Below are positions 49,052-58,682 of a stretch of DNA of 64,000 nucleotides, one piece after another. The DNA is from Polyangiales bacterium (GTDB lineage: Bacteria; Myxococcota_A; Polyangia; Polyangiales; Polyangiaceae). The stretch lies in assembly GCA_038231275.1 (NCBI GenBank), contig JBBRLQ010000003.1:448001-512000 (forward strand). The letters are read 5' to 3'. Both the position numbers and the translations under genes were made by a program. The number at the start of each line of letters is the position of its first letter. Position 1 is the stretch's first letter. Under the pieces are notes generated by a model, which was given only the letters and a program-made list of their open reading frames with translations, did no database searches and was not told the DNA's origin.

Positions 49052-49447
49052 CTACCGCCGCGCGTCCGGGAGGACGAACGCGCGGCGCGCGAGGGGCGAC
49101 GCGAGCGTCTCCGGCGAGTAGTAGCGGCGCAGCGCGCCCGCGTCGAAGAGCTCTGGGTGCGCGCGCGCGAAGTCGCCCCACGCGAGCTCGGGATCGGCCG
49201 CGACCTTCTCGTGGACGAGGACGACGAAGGCCCACGTGATCGTCTCGTGGTACTTCTCCGGCGCCCCCTTCGCGGTCGCGAGGCGCATGATGCCTGCCTT
49301 CGTCTTCGCGATCGCGTCCATCAGCGGCAGCGCGCGCGCGTACGCCCACGCGACCCGAACGTGCGCCGCGTGGGGGAAGGCGTCGAGGGTTCCATCCTCG
49401 AACGCGCGGAGGAGCGTCGAGGTCTCCTCGTCGAGCGGTGCGGTCAC
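49052..49447 (-). CDS. Conserved hypothetical protein
   Basis: FPHAAHVRVAW, KYHETIT, YYS..L.S..AR..FV.PD; GTGA overlap with the upstream gene. Confidence 0.75.
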   Translation of the reverse strand: MTAPLDEETSTLLRAFEDGTLDAFPHAAHVRVAWAYARALPLMDAIAKTKAGIMRLATAKGAPEKYHETITWAFVVLVHEKVAADPELAWGDFARAHPELFDAGALRRYYSPETLASPLARRAFVLPDARR

Positions 49448-49716
49448 GACGAACGCTCGCGCATACGGTGGCTGGCCGAGGCGTCGAGGTCGAGCCCGTA
49501 CACGGCCTTGAGCTGCGCGATGCACGCGAGGCTGGCTTTGCCGAACGGCGCCTTGCCCTCGAACGCGTGCAGGACGATCCCCTCGAGCAGATCGCCGAGG
49601 GTCATGTCGTGGTATTCGGCGAGGCCCTTCAGGACCTTGAGGACCCGCTTTTCCATACGGACGCCGGTCTGGATGCGCTCGACGACGAGCTCGTGAGGGG
49701 CCTTTCGTGTTGCCAT
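49444..49716 (-). CDS. Small ribbon-helix-helix-like protein
   Basis: RIQTGVRMEKRVLKVLKGLAEY..MTLGDLLE; TGGTA-N6-TACCA palindrome (49716-49731) overlaps the start. Confidence 0.75.
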   Translation of the reverse strand: MATRKAPHELVVERIQTGVRMEKRVLKVLKGLAEYHDMTLGDLLEGIVLHAFEGKAPFGKASLACIAQLKAVYGLDLDASASHRMRERSS

Positions 49717-49759
49717 GGTATTTATGTACCACGGTAGTGTGCGCCGGCAACGACGCGGG

Positions 49760-51964
49760 TCACCGTGGCGGCGGCTGCGCGCATCGACCGTTGACGCAGA
49801 CGTCGACGGTCGCGCAGCAGTCGGCCGCGGTGGTGCACTTGTCGAACTCCTGCGAGCACCCCTTCGGCTGCGAAGAGCAGACCGCGCCGTTTGGGCCTTG
49901 CTGGCAGTATCCCCCGCAACACTCGTCCCCGGTGTCGCACGTGGTTCCATCGACGACGCACGGGTCCAGCACCCAGTATCCCCGAGAATTTCCCGCCATG
50001 AGCTCCTGCGCGGGAACGTAGAACGCGGGATGACTCGGGTCGGTCCCCGGAGCCGCGTTCAAGTCGATCGCCGCGACCCAGAGCTTCTTCGTCGTTGGGG
50101 TTCGGCTGATGTCGTGAAACCGAGGGTCGCTGTAGAACGGATCGATCGTCGCGATGTTGCCGTAGAGCCGCCGGCTGGTGAACACGATCCACGCGTAGCC
50201 TCCCGACGCGACCGGATTGACGGTGGGCTCGTAGTTGAGGGTCGCGTCGTCGTCGTGCCCGTAGCCTTCGACCGGCACCATTCCGACGCCGCTCGCGTTG
50301 TCCAGGCGATGGGCGATCTTGGTCTTGACGTCCACCCACCACAGCTCGCCGCGGCTCGCCGGACAGCTCGAGACGGCGTCGCATCCCGAGCGCGTCTCGC
50401 CGAACTGGCCGTTATTGACGGTCTCGAGCTCGAAGGCCACGGCCCCGTTCGACGGGAACTCCGGCGTGTTGAGCGTGGGGATGAACGCGGGCCAGACGGC
50501 GGTGCCGGACGGCGGCGTGTAGAGGACGCTCGCGTTGGAGAACTTGGTGGTCGAGAGATCGAAATCCATCAGCCCCAGCGACTTCTGATCCGCGTTCGGT
50601 CCTCCCCAGATGTTGTAGGTGACGCGCGCGCCGTCCGGCGAGAAGGAGGGGCACCCCGCCTGCAAACCGGCAGGAAGCCCCGTCGATGGAACGCTCGCCC
50701 CGGAAGGCAGCGCATGGAGCTCGCTCGGAAGGGTCGCGTTCCCATCTTGCTGAGGGGCGGAGTTGGAGAAGAGGAGCTTCCCGTCCGGATAGATCGCCGA
50801 CCACATCACCCGGTTGTCCGATCCGATCGGGATCACCTGATTGTGGTTCGCGAGCTCGACGGCCGCGGGCCCGGACGTGATGAGCCGCGAGCCATTGGCC
50901 GCCACCGAGTGGCAAACCCGGCATTCGTTGTTGGCGGTGACGAGGACGGGATCGGTCGAGCCCCCCCGAATCGCGAGCGTCGCCGCCCCGATGTCCGCTC
51001 CGGTGATCGACTTGAGACCGCTCGTCGCCAGATTCGTTCCGTACGAGTTGTAGTAGACGGTCCCCTTCAAGGTTCCCTGCGCGACCTTCCACGTCTCGCG
51101 GATGGGGCCATAGGCGGTCGTGCCGGACGCGAAGACCAAGCTCACCGTCGCAGGCTCGCCTCCGTTCGAGAGCGTCATATACTTCCAGACGCTCTGCGGA
51201 ATGGGATGGTGGACGAACGGTACGGCGGGCCTCTTGAAGAAGCCCTCGTACTCCCACAGCGCTTCCTGGATGTGGATGTAGACTGCATCGAATGGCCTCT
51301 GCGTCTTCCACTGGAGGAGCGGCGCCAGGATTCCGCGCGGCCATACGGTCTTGTCGTAGGGGTAGAGCCACGCCAACGACGGATCGGGGGTCGGCGGTCC
51401 GGTCAGGATCTGGTGGGTCCCATCGTCGACGGGGCCTCCGGGCCCTTCGCCGCCCACGCCGCCGTATCCGCCGGCTCCCGCGCCGCCGTCGCCCGCGGAG
51501 TCGCCGTTCTGAACGATGTGGACCTTCACCGTCACGCTGGTCCGCGCCTCCTTGGTGAAGTAGTGCGCGTGAACGTCGGTCTTGCCGGCGAGGGTGCCTC
51601 GGGGCGTGAAGACTCCCGACGTCTGATCGATCGACCCTAGCTCACCGTGATCGACTTGCCAGCTCGCGGGGACGGGCCGCCCATCGAGCGTGGCCTTGAA
51701 AGAGATGGTCGGCGTCGGCTGGCCCGTCGTGACGGTCACGGTCGGATCCACCGGGGTGATCGCCAGCGTGCCGGTCAAGTCGGGCGAGCCGTCGAATGAG
51801 CCGAAGGAGAAACCGTCGACGTCGCCGCCGTCACCGCCGCCCCCGACGCCGACTCCATCCGGCGGACCGCCGTCTTGCCCGCTCCCGCACGCCCAGGCCA
51901 TGACGACCGCCAGGAGTGCGAAGAGTGCGATGGCGCGAAACGATCCCGAGCTGGTGGTGCGCAT
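49760..51964 (-). CDS. TolB/PD40-like beta-propeller lipoprotein with Cys-rich tail
   Basis: AWAC lipobox; PSFSPDG, WIVFTSRR, KLWVAAID; CRVCH motif; CC-rich C-terminus. Confidence 0.85.
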   Translation of the reverse strand: MRTTSSGSFRAIALFALLAVVMAWACGSGQDGGPPDGVGVGGGGDGGDVDGFSFGSFDGSPDLTGTLAITPVDPTVTVTTGQPTPTISFKATLDGRPVPASWQVDHGELGSIDQTSGVFTPRGTLAGKTDVHAHYFTKEARTSVTVKVHIVQNGDSAGDGGAGAGGYGGVGGEGPGGPVDDGTHQILTGPPTPDPSLAWLYPYDKTVWPRGILAPLLQWKTQRPFDAVYIHIQEALWEYEGFFKRPAVPFVHHPIPQSVWKYMTLSNGGEPATVSLVFASGTTAYGPIRETWKVAQGTLKGTVYYNSYGTNLATSGLKSITGADIGAATLAIRGGSTDPVLVTANNECRVCHSVAANGSRLITSGPAAVELANHNQVIPIGSDNRVMWSAIYPDGKLLFSNSAPQQDGNATLPSELHALPSGASVPSTGLPAGLQAGCPSFSPDGARVTYNIWGGPNADQKSLGLMDFDLSTTKFSNASVLYTPPSGTAVWPAFIPTLNTPEFPSNGAVAFELETVNNGQFGETRSGCDAVSSCPASRGELWWVDVKTKIAHRLDNASGVGMVPVEGYGHDDDATLNYEPTVNPVASGGYAWIVFTSRRLYGNIATIDPFYSDPRFHDISRTPTTKKLWVAAIDLNAAPGTDPSHPAFYVPAQELMAGNSRGYWVLDPCVVDGTTCDTGDECCGGYCQQGPNGAVCSSQPKGCSQEFDKCTTAADCCATVDVCVNGRCAQPPPR

Positions 51965-52076
51965 TCTGACGTCTCCCGGCGAGCGGAAAGAGCGCTCGAA
52001 AAAAGGGCGAGGGTCGGCCTGGCCCCCACCACGGCTGCGCAGCCTAGTCCTTCGCCCGGCGCCCGAGAAGGGAATC

Positions 52077-52092
52077 TAGAGTTTTTACTCTA
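52077..52092. promoter_or_regulatory. AT-rich palindrome in divergent intergenic region
   Basis: TAGAGT-tttt-ACTCTA. Confidence 0.4.
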
Positions 52093-52383
52093 AACGGAAT
52101 TTTTGATTTCCAGTCAGAACGGCGACCTTTTGGGCGCCGCGTTGCCCCGGCGCACGGGCGATCCTGGATCGCATTCGCTCGCGGGTGGAGTCGCGTGCGA
52201 TGACGACCGGATCGCGAGCGCGGACGACGTGAGATACGCGACGACCAGGGTGCGGCGCGCGGGCGCGGGTGAGCCGACCGCAGGCGAGGTCGTGCCGTTC
52301 GAGGGTAAATTTCTGCGCGAAAGCGGCGGATCGCCGAGCCTCGACGCGGTGCGTCGGATCGCGCGGGAGCGCCGCGTGCGGCG

Positions 52384-52399
52384 AGGCACAGGCGTTGCG
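52384..52399 (+). promoter_or_regulatory. Sigma54 -24/-12 promoter
   Basis: aGGcacaggcgttGCg, 13 nt from ATG 52412. Confidence 0.6.
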
Positions 52400-52411
52400 A
52401 TGTGCGTACGC

Positions 52412-53359
52412 ATGAAGACCGCGCGCCATCTTCGCCTCCTCGCCGTCGCCCCCTTCGCGCTCGCCGCCGCCGCGTGCTCGTCCACCCCGGGCGGTGACGG
52501 TAGTGAAGGCGTCGGCTCCGACTCGGATGCGATCGTCGGCTCCACGATGGTGTCGCGCGGCATGGAGTGGGTGAACGCGAATCTGCACTACTGCCAAGCG
52601 GCGCACGGCCACGTCGACTACGACAAGGCCTGCTGGGGCTGGGAGGGGCCGAGCCACCGCTGCGAGCGCGAGAGCAACGCGGCGTGGAACGCGTACCGCT
52701 CCGACTGCTCGGGCTTCATCACGTATGCGTGGGGGATCCCGGCAGGCGGCGGCGGCGGCTACGTCACCTCGGAGTTCGCGCCGTACGGCCACTCGTTCTC
52801 GCACACGATCAACGGCGTCGATCTCCGGCCCGGCGACGCGCTCAACAAGACGCCGGACGGGCACATCATGCTCTTCAAGCACTGGGTCACGCCGGGACGC
52901 TCCGCGGTCTTCATGGAGGAGCCGGGCTGCTCGTCGTCGATACCGTACGCGCACGAGTTCACGTCGGCCGTGTCGATCCACGGCGACGAGGTCTACGTCG
53001 ACTACCAGCGCGAGACGTTCTACGCGATCCGCTACAACGGCTCGACCGGTGCGGGCAGCAGCAGCGGCGGCGGAGGCGTCGCTGTCGGCGTCGGCGGCGG
53101 AGGCGGCGGAGGCAGCACAGCGCCGGACGCGTGCGACCAGGGCGCGGGCTTCTGCACCGAGACGCTCCAGTGTGACAACGGCCACTGGATCATCCGACAG
53201 GACGATGGGCACGCGTGCACGACGGTCCAGAACGTCGAGGAGCCCTGCCACGTCGGCGGCGGTTACTGCACCGCGACCCTGCAATGCGAGAACGGCCACT
53301 GGGTGCCGCGCAGCGACGATTCCGCCGCGTGCACGTCCGGCCCCGGCTCGCCGCACTGA
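52412..53359 (+). CDS. NlpC/P60-like peptidoglycan endopeptidase lipoprotein with two Cys-rich C-terminal repeats
   Basis: AAAC lipobox; DCSGF, LRPGD, GHIMLF; C..G.G.CT.TLQC.NGHW..R.DD..ACT twice. Confidence 0.88.
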   Translation: MKTARHLRLLAVAPFALAAAACSSTPGGDGSEGVGSDSDAIVGSTMVSRGMEWVNANLHYCQAAHGHVDYDKACWGWEGPSHRCERESNAAWNAYRSDCSGFITYAWGIPAGGGGGYVTSEFAPYGHSFSHTINGVDLRPGDALNKTPDGHIMLFKHWVTPGRSAVFMEEPGCSSSIPYAHEFTSAVSIHGDEVYVDYQRETFYAIRYNGSTGAGSSSGGGGVAVGVGGGGGGGSTAPDACDQGAGFCTETLQCDNGHWIIRQDDGHACTTVQNVEEPCHVGGGYCTATLQCENGHWVPRSDDSAACTSGPGSPH

Positions 53360-53449
53360 TCGCAAAAGCGCACCCCGGAAGGCGCGTCATCTCGAGACCG
53401 GCGGCGCGGACCTGGCCCTTCTATGGCCACGCGCGCTACGATCGCGTGA

Positions 53450-54427
53450 ATGCGTGTCGCCCCCGTCGTCCTTGCCTCGTGTGTTCTGGCCGCCGCGTGC
53501 GGATGCTCCTCGTCGAGCTCGGCCCCGGCCGCGAGCGCGGGCTCGTCCGGCGACGCAGAGGCGCCGGGCTCGGGCGAAGGTGGAGCGCCGGACGCGGCGG
53601 CGGACTCGGCGGCGGCCGACGCAGGACCGCCCATCGGCGGCGATCGCCCGGTCACGATGTACGTTCCGCCCAGCTACACGCCGGGCAAGCCGATGCCGCT
53701 CCTCGTTGGCCTCCACGGCTACGGCGGCACCGCCGCCAACCAAGAAGCCTACTTCCGGCTCGCGCCGCAGGCCGATGCGCGCGGCTTTCTCTACGCGATG
53801 CCCGAGGGGACGGTCGACCCGACCGGGAAGCAATTCTGGAACGCGACCGACGCGTGCTGCGATGTGGCGGGCAGCGGCGTCGACGATTCGGGCTACTTGA
53901 GCCGCGTGATCGACGAAATCAAAGCCCGTTACAGCGTGGACGCGAAGAGGGTTTACCTCATTGGACACTCGAACGGCGGGTTCATGGCCTTCCGCATGGC
54001 GTGTGACCACGCCGACCAAATCGCGGCCGTGGTGACGCTCGCCGGTGCGATGTACGTCGACGTTACGAAGTGCGCGCCGAGCGGGCCCGTCGCGCAGCTG
54101 CACCTCCACGGCGACGCCGACACGACGAACCCGTTCGGCGGCGGTACGCTCATCACCGGTGCACCCATCCCCTCCGCGATGCAGTCGGTGCAGGACTGGG
54201 TGACCTTCAACGGATGCGACGGCGTCGTGGACAGCTCGTCGCCAAACCTCGACCTCGTCTCGATCCTCGCGGGGGCCGAGACGTCGGTCGGCAAGTACAC
54301 GTCGGGCTGCAAGCCGGGGGGACGTGTGGAGTTCTGGCAGATGGCCGGCGCTCGGCACGCCCCGCCTTGGACGCCGGCGTTCGCGCCAGCGGTGATCGAC
54401 TTCTTGCTCGCGCAGTCGAAGCCGTGA
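53450..54427 (+). CDS. PHB-depolymerase/LpqC family esterase lipoprotein
   Basis: LHGYG, WNATDACC, DD.GYL, GHSNGG, HGDAD. Confidence 0.92.
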   Translation: MRVAPVVLASCVLAAACGCSSSSSAPAASAGSSGDAEAPGSGEGGAPDAAADSAAADAGPPIGGDRPVTMYVPPSYTPGKPMPLLVGLHGYGGTAANQEAYFRLAPQADARGFLYAMPEGTVDPTGKQFWNATDACCDVAGSGVDDSGYLSRVIDEIKARYSVDAKRVYLIGHSNGGFMAFRMACDHADQIAAVVTLAGAMYVDVTKCAPSGPVAQLHLHGDADTTNPFGGGTLITGAPIPSAMQSVQDWVTFNGCDGVVDSSSPNLDLVSILAGAETSVGKYTSGCKPGGRVEFWQMAGARHAPPWTPAFAPAVIDFLLAQSKP

Positions 54428-54446
54428 CGTCATTGCAACGTACGCG

Positions 54447-56555
54447 ATGACCTCGCTCGATCCAGCGCACCTCGATGCCCTGCTCGCGGAGCACATCAAG
54501 GATCTGCGCGTCATCACGGATCTCCGCGTCCTCCTGACGCGGATGGCCAACATCCCGCCGAATCATGCCGAGCGCTCGGCGTGGCTCGAGGACCTCGGGA
54601 GCTGGCTCCACGGCACTCACGGAACCTTCTTCAGCGGCACTTCGGACGACGCGAGGACGAATCGGCTCCGCGGCTTCGTCCTCGCGCTCGCTTCGGTCGC
54701 CGTGTTTCGCGAGAGCTTCGCGACGCTCCTGACCGCAGTCGTCAGCGAGCTGCGAGGCACCAAGCTCTTCGCCGACGTCGGCATCCCCGTGGAGTCTGGT
54801 TTCTGGCGTGAAGCGAGCGACCGGATCTCACGCAGCCTCCTGCCGACGCCGCCCGCGCCCAAGAGCTTCGCGGAGTTCATCGCGCATCTCTTCCCGACGG
54901 TCGCCGAGGCGCGATGGCTCGAGCGATGCCCTACGGAGCTTTGGAAAGAGCTCTGGTCCATCCTCGAGAAGACGGAGGCACCGCTCTCGATGGCGTGGAA
55001 GCCGCTCTCCGGCTCGATGTCCGATGCGATGCGGATCCTCGCCGCGCGGATCGCAGCTCTCGGCGTCGCACAGGACTTTCGCGATCGACTCCCTGGTATG
55101 TCCGTCGCGAGCCTCCCCTTCCTACGATTGCCACAACTGTGCGAAGCCGTGCAGCTCGGCCCGCCCCGACTCTCGATGAGCAACGAGGGCGCGTTGTCGA
55201 TGATCGACGAGTGCCGCGACGCGCTTCGCCAGGTCCGTGCCCACCTCGAAGAGTTCGGCGTCAGCGTCGACCTCGTCTATCGCATCGAGCTCATGACCGC
55301 GCAGCTCGCTCGGCTCGAGCAGCTCGTCGAGCTCATCGTGCCGAGCACCATCGACACACTGGCGCGCAACCTCGGGCGATTCGCGCTGAGCCTCGTTCAG
55401 GCCCAATTCAAGGGCCGCAGCGTTCTCGAGCTCTTGAGAACGAGCTCGCATCTGCTCGCACGAAAAATCGTGGAGCGAAGCGGCAAGACTGGCGAGCACT
55501 ACATCACGGAGACATCGCGTGAATGGCGCATGATGCTGCTCTCCGCCGCGGGCGGGGGCTTCCTCACCGCATTCACCGCCGCCATCAAGCTCTTGACGGC
55601 GGAGCTCGCTCTTCCGATCTTCTTCGCCAGCGCGCTCGCTTGCGTGAACTACGCCGGAAGCTTTCTCCTCATGGGCGCGGTCGGCTTCACGCTTGCGACC
55701 AAGCAGCCGTCGATGACCGCCGCAGCGCTGGCTGCGTCGCTGGAGTCTGAGAGTGGTCGTGCCGCGGGCAACGCGCAGGCCCGCTCCGTCGAGAAGCTGG
55801 TGACGTTGATCGCGCAGATCTCTCGGTCGCAGCTCGCCGCCGCGATCGGAAATGTCGGAATCGTGATCCCGACCGCGGTCGCCTTCGACTTCCTCTGGCG
55901 CCGCGTCACCGGTCATCCATTTCTCGGTGCGGAAAAGGCGGCGCACGTCATCGAGTCGCTGCATCCGCTGCATAGCGGCACCATCCCGTACGCGGCGCTG
56001 ACGGGCGTTCTCCTCTGGCTCTCGAGCCTCGGTGCGGGCTGGTTCGAGAACTGGATCGCATATCGCCGCCTCCCCGAGGCGCTCGCCGAGCATCGTCGTC
56101 TAAAGCGACTTCTCGGTCCCGAACGCGCAAAGCGCTTCGCCCACGCGGTGGGCACCGGCGCGGCATCGGTTGGGGGAAGTGTGACCCTGGGCTGCCTGCT
56201 CGGGATCGTGCCGACGCTTGGTGTCCTCTTCGGTCTCCCGCTGAATGTGCGACACGTGACCCTCTCGACGGGCTCGCTCGCGTTCGCGGGAAGCGCGCTC
56301 GGTGCCGAGGCGATCACCCAAACCGGCTACCTCATGGCGATCGCTGGAATCGTCCTGATCGGATCGCTCAACTTCGGGGTGAGCTTCGTGCTGGCCCTCG
56401 GCGTTGCGCTTCGCGCGAGCGAGCGCTGGCGCCTCGGAACCACTACGTTCGTGCGCGATCTGACGACGGCGCTGGCCAAGCGAATTTTTCGCGATCCGCT
56501 CGAGTTCCTCCTTCCGCCGCGACCGCCGCCGAGGGCGAAGGAGGACGCCCCTTGA
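54447..56555 (+). CDS. Gcr-family ('site-specific recombinase', PF10136-like) membrane protein
   Basis: GEHYIT, SAAGGG, NYAGSF, TLATKQPSMTA, RHVTLS, LNFGVSF; many TM helices. Confidence 0.88.
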   Translation: MTSLDPAHLDALLAEHIKDLRVITDLRVLLTRMANIPPNHAERSAWLEDLGSWLHGTHGTFFSGTSDDARTNRLRGFVLALASVAVFRESFATLLTAVVSELRGTKLFADVGIPVESGFWREASDRISRSLLPTPPAPKSFAEFIAHLFPTVAEARWLERCPTELWKELWSILEKTEAPLSMAWKPLSGSMSDAMRILAARIAALGVAQDFRDRLPGMSVASLPFLRLPQLCEAVQLGPPRLSMSNEGALSMIDECRDALRQVRAHLEEFGVSVDLVYRIELMTAQLARLEQLVELIVPSTIDTLARNLGRFALSLVQAQFKGRSVLELLRTSSHLLARKIVERSGKTGEHYITETSREWRMMLLSAAGGGFLTAFTAAIKLLTAELALPIFFASALACVNYAGSFLLMGAVGFTLATKQPSMTAAALAASLESESGRAAGNAQARSVEKLVTLIAQISRSQLAAAIGNVGIVIPTAVAFDFLWRRVTGHPFLGAEKAAHVIESLHPLHSGTIPYAALTGVLLWLSSLGAGWFENWIAYRRLPEALAEHRRLKRLLGPERAKRFAHAVGTGAASVGGSVTLGCLLGIVPTLGVLFGLPLNVRHVTLSTGSLAFAGSALGAEAITQTGYLMAIAGIVLIGSLNFGVSFVLALGVALRASERWRLGTTTFVRDLTTALAKRIFRDPLEFLLPPRPPPRAKEDAP

Positions 56556-56672
56556 AGCGCGCTGAATTTGGAGAAGACCGGCCGGCCTGCAAACGTCTTC
56601 CGTCTCAACCGTGCCGCCGAGCTTGCGGAGCGTGCTCTCCTTCCAGCTCTGTCCATCGGGTAAGATCGCAAC

Positions 56673-57548
56673 ATGATCATCGTCACGGGCGGCTCCGGCC
56701 AGCTTGGGCACGCCATTCTCGAAGCCCTTCTTCAGCGTGTGGATCCGGCTCAGGTCGGCGTAAGTGTCCGCGACCCTACCAAGGTCGAGGATCTCTCCAA
56801 GCGGGGCGTGCGCGTCCGCCAAGCCGACTTCAATGATGCGAACAGTCTGCGCTTCGCTTTCGAGGGCGCGTCGCAGGTCCTTCTCGTGTCGTCCAACGCT
56901 GCTGCCGGGGGCGGCGACCCGATTCCCCAGCACCGCACCGCGATAGCAGCCGCCCGCGACGCTGGCGCTCGGCGGATCCTCTACACGAGCCACCAGGCTG
57001 CGAGTCCTGAGTCCGCATTCAGTCCTGCGCGCGATCACGCCACGACCGAGGCCCTTCTCGAAGCCGCGAAGATGCCCTTTACCTCCCTGCGCAACGGTTT
57101 TTACGCGACAACGGTGGGCCGTCTACTCGGCAATGCGCTGGAGACCGGTGAGCTGAAGGCGCCCGCCGACGGCAAAGTGTCCTGGACGACGCCCGCTGAC
57201 CTCGCCGAGGCGGCCGCGGTCATCCTCTCTTCTGAGGGGCAGTTCGACGGGCCGGTAACGCTGACCGCCTCGGAGGCGCTCGACCTTGCCGATATCGCCA
57301 CGATCGCATCCGACGTGACGGGCCGCGCCATCAAGCGCGTGACCGTCTCCGACGAGGAGTACAGCGCGTCCCTGGTTGCGCGCGGCGTCCCTGCTGGCGG
57401 CGCGAAAATTTTGCTCTCGATCCACACCGCGAGCCGAGCGGGGGAGTTTTCCATGGTCGATCCGACGCTCGAGAAGCTCCTGGGACGCAAACCGATGACC
57501 GTGCGCGAAGTGCTCGCCGGCGCCGGACGAACGCGGACAGAATCCTGA
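56673..57548 (+). CDS. NmrA/atypical SDR NAD(P)H oxidoreductase (QorB/YtfG-like)
   Basis: TGGSGQLG, H..TE..L, LRNGFY, DLAEAAA. Confidence 0.93.
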   Translation: MIIVTGGSGQLGHAILEALLQRVDPAQVGVSVRDPTKVEDLSKRGVRVRQADFNDANSLRFAFEGASQVLLVSSNAAAGGGDPIPQHRTAIAAARDAGARRILYTSHQAASPESAFSPARDHATTEALLEAAKMPFTSLRNGFYATTVGRLLGNALETGELKAPADGKVSWTTPADLAEAAAVILSSEGQFDGPVTLTASEALDLADIATIASDVTGRAIKRVTVSDEEYSASLVARGVPAGGAKILLSIHTASRAGEFSMVDPTLEKLLGRKPMTVREVLAGAGRTRTES

Positions 57549-57639
57549 TCGCCCGTTGCCGGCGCGTGAGGTCGAACCCGCGAAGCGCGCTCGACGCGAG
57601 GTGACCGAACACCACCGACGCACCTGTTAGAATCCTCCC

Positions 57640-58062
57640 GTGCGCTCCCAACCCCTCATCAACTGCCGCGACGTTCAGGCCTCCAGCCGCTGGTACCAAC
57701 GCCTCCTCGGGTGCGTGGGCGGTCACGGAGGGGCCGAGTACGAACGGCTCTGGGATCCGACCCGTCACACCAGCAAGTGGGGCTCCGACGGCATGATCAT
57801 GCAGCTGCACGCGTGGGAGGTCGATCACCACCACGGACCCATGGGCGACCCCACGCGCGACGTCGGCAACGGCATGCTGTTGTGGTTCGAGGTCGACGAC
57901 TTCGACGCCGCAGTGGCGCGTGCACGCGAGCTCGAGGCGCCCATTTTGCTCGACGTGCACCGCAATCCGAACGCAAACCACCGCGAGCTCTGGGTCCGCG
58001 ATCCGAACGGCTATACCGTGGTCATCGCGTCGCCCGACGGGGAGGCGGAGGAGGGTGCGTAG
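57640..58062 (+). CDS. Glyoxalase/VOC family protein
   Basis: DVQASSRWY..LLG, LWFEVDDFD, RDPNGY. Confidence 0.9.
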   Translation: MRSQPLINCRDVQASSRWYQRLLGCVGGHGGAEYERLWDPTRHTSKWGSDGMIMQLHAWEVDHHHGPMGDPTRDVGNGMLLWFEVDDFDAAVARARELEAPILLDVHRNPNANHRELWVRDPNGYTVVIASPDGEAEEGA

Positions 58063-58112
58063 CACCGCTGGCAGTCGCGACACGAAAGAGGATGCGATCT
58101 CATCGGAGATGG

Positions 58113-58390
58113 TCAGCGCCTCCCGAAGCCCAGCCACGCCGGCATGGGCACGCGCTGCGGGCCCTCGCCGAATCGCGTGCGGAGCGCATCGACGATCGCT
58201 GCCGCAGCGCTTGGCCACTCCGTCCCCATCCTCGAGCGAAAGAGCCCGATAGGCGCGGAGCTGCGCGAGAACGACGTCCACATGGCGTCAAGAGACGCGA
58301 AGTGCGCCGCGTGGTCGAGGCGCTCGACGGAGACGTCTCGAAAGCCCGCAGCGCCGAGCTCCTCCGCGAAGACCATCGGCTCCGCGGCAT
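58113..58390 (-). pseudogene. Probable C-terminal fragment of a methyltransferase
   Basis: EL.AAGF.DV.V.....F.S.D..W pattern; SAM-binding N-terminus absent. Confidence 0.55.
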
Positions 58391-58682
58391 CGGGTTCATC
58401 GGTCTCCAAGGGGGTGGGGGCAACGCGTGGAGTCGGCGTGCTCGATGCTCGGCACCGCGTTCGAGTTCCTCGTTGCCCCACGGCCGACCCCGAAAGGCGA
58501 AGGAGGACCGCTGACCACTTCTGCTCGGCCGTTCTCATCTTTCGAGAGAATGCCCACGATCCAACTGGAACATCGTCCTATCCCTGATGCAGGCGGCAGG
58601 TCTGGTGGTGTGGGACAAGGCAGCTGGAGTTTAGGGCACGTAGTGAACCAATCGGGTTCCGGCCTTGGGATACGCTCCGACG

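Noticed and set aside
50907-50930. CRVCH in the propeller lipoprotein as a c-type heme site
   Set aside because: Single motif in a Cys-rich propeller protein with no other cytochrome features; cannot be supported from sequence alone
52100-52380. Weak FHA-like words (DPPLSRR, SNGT) on the minus strand
   Set aside because: Spacing is wrong and the match is too short to distinguish from chance
54447-56555. 'Site-specific recombinase' family gene as the enzyme behind the repeats and scars
   Set aside because: It is a polytopic membrane protein with no tyrosine- or serine-recombinase catalytic motifs visible; the family name is not evidence of activity
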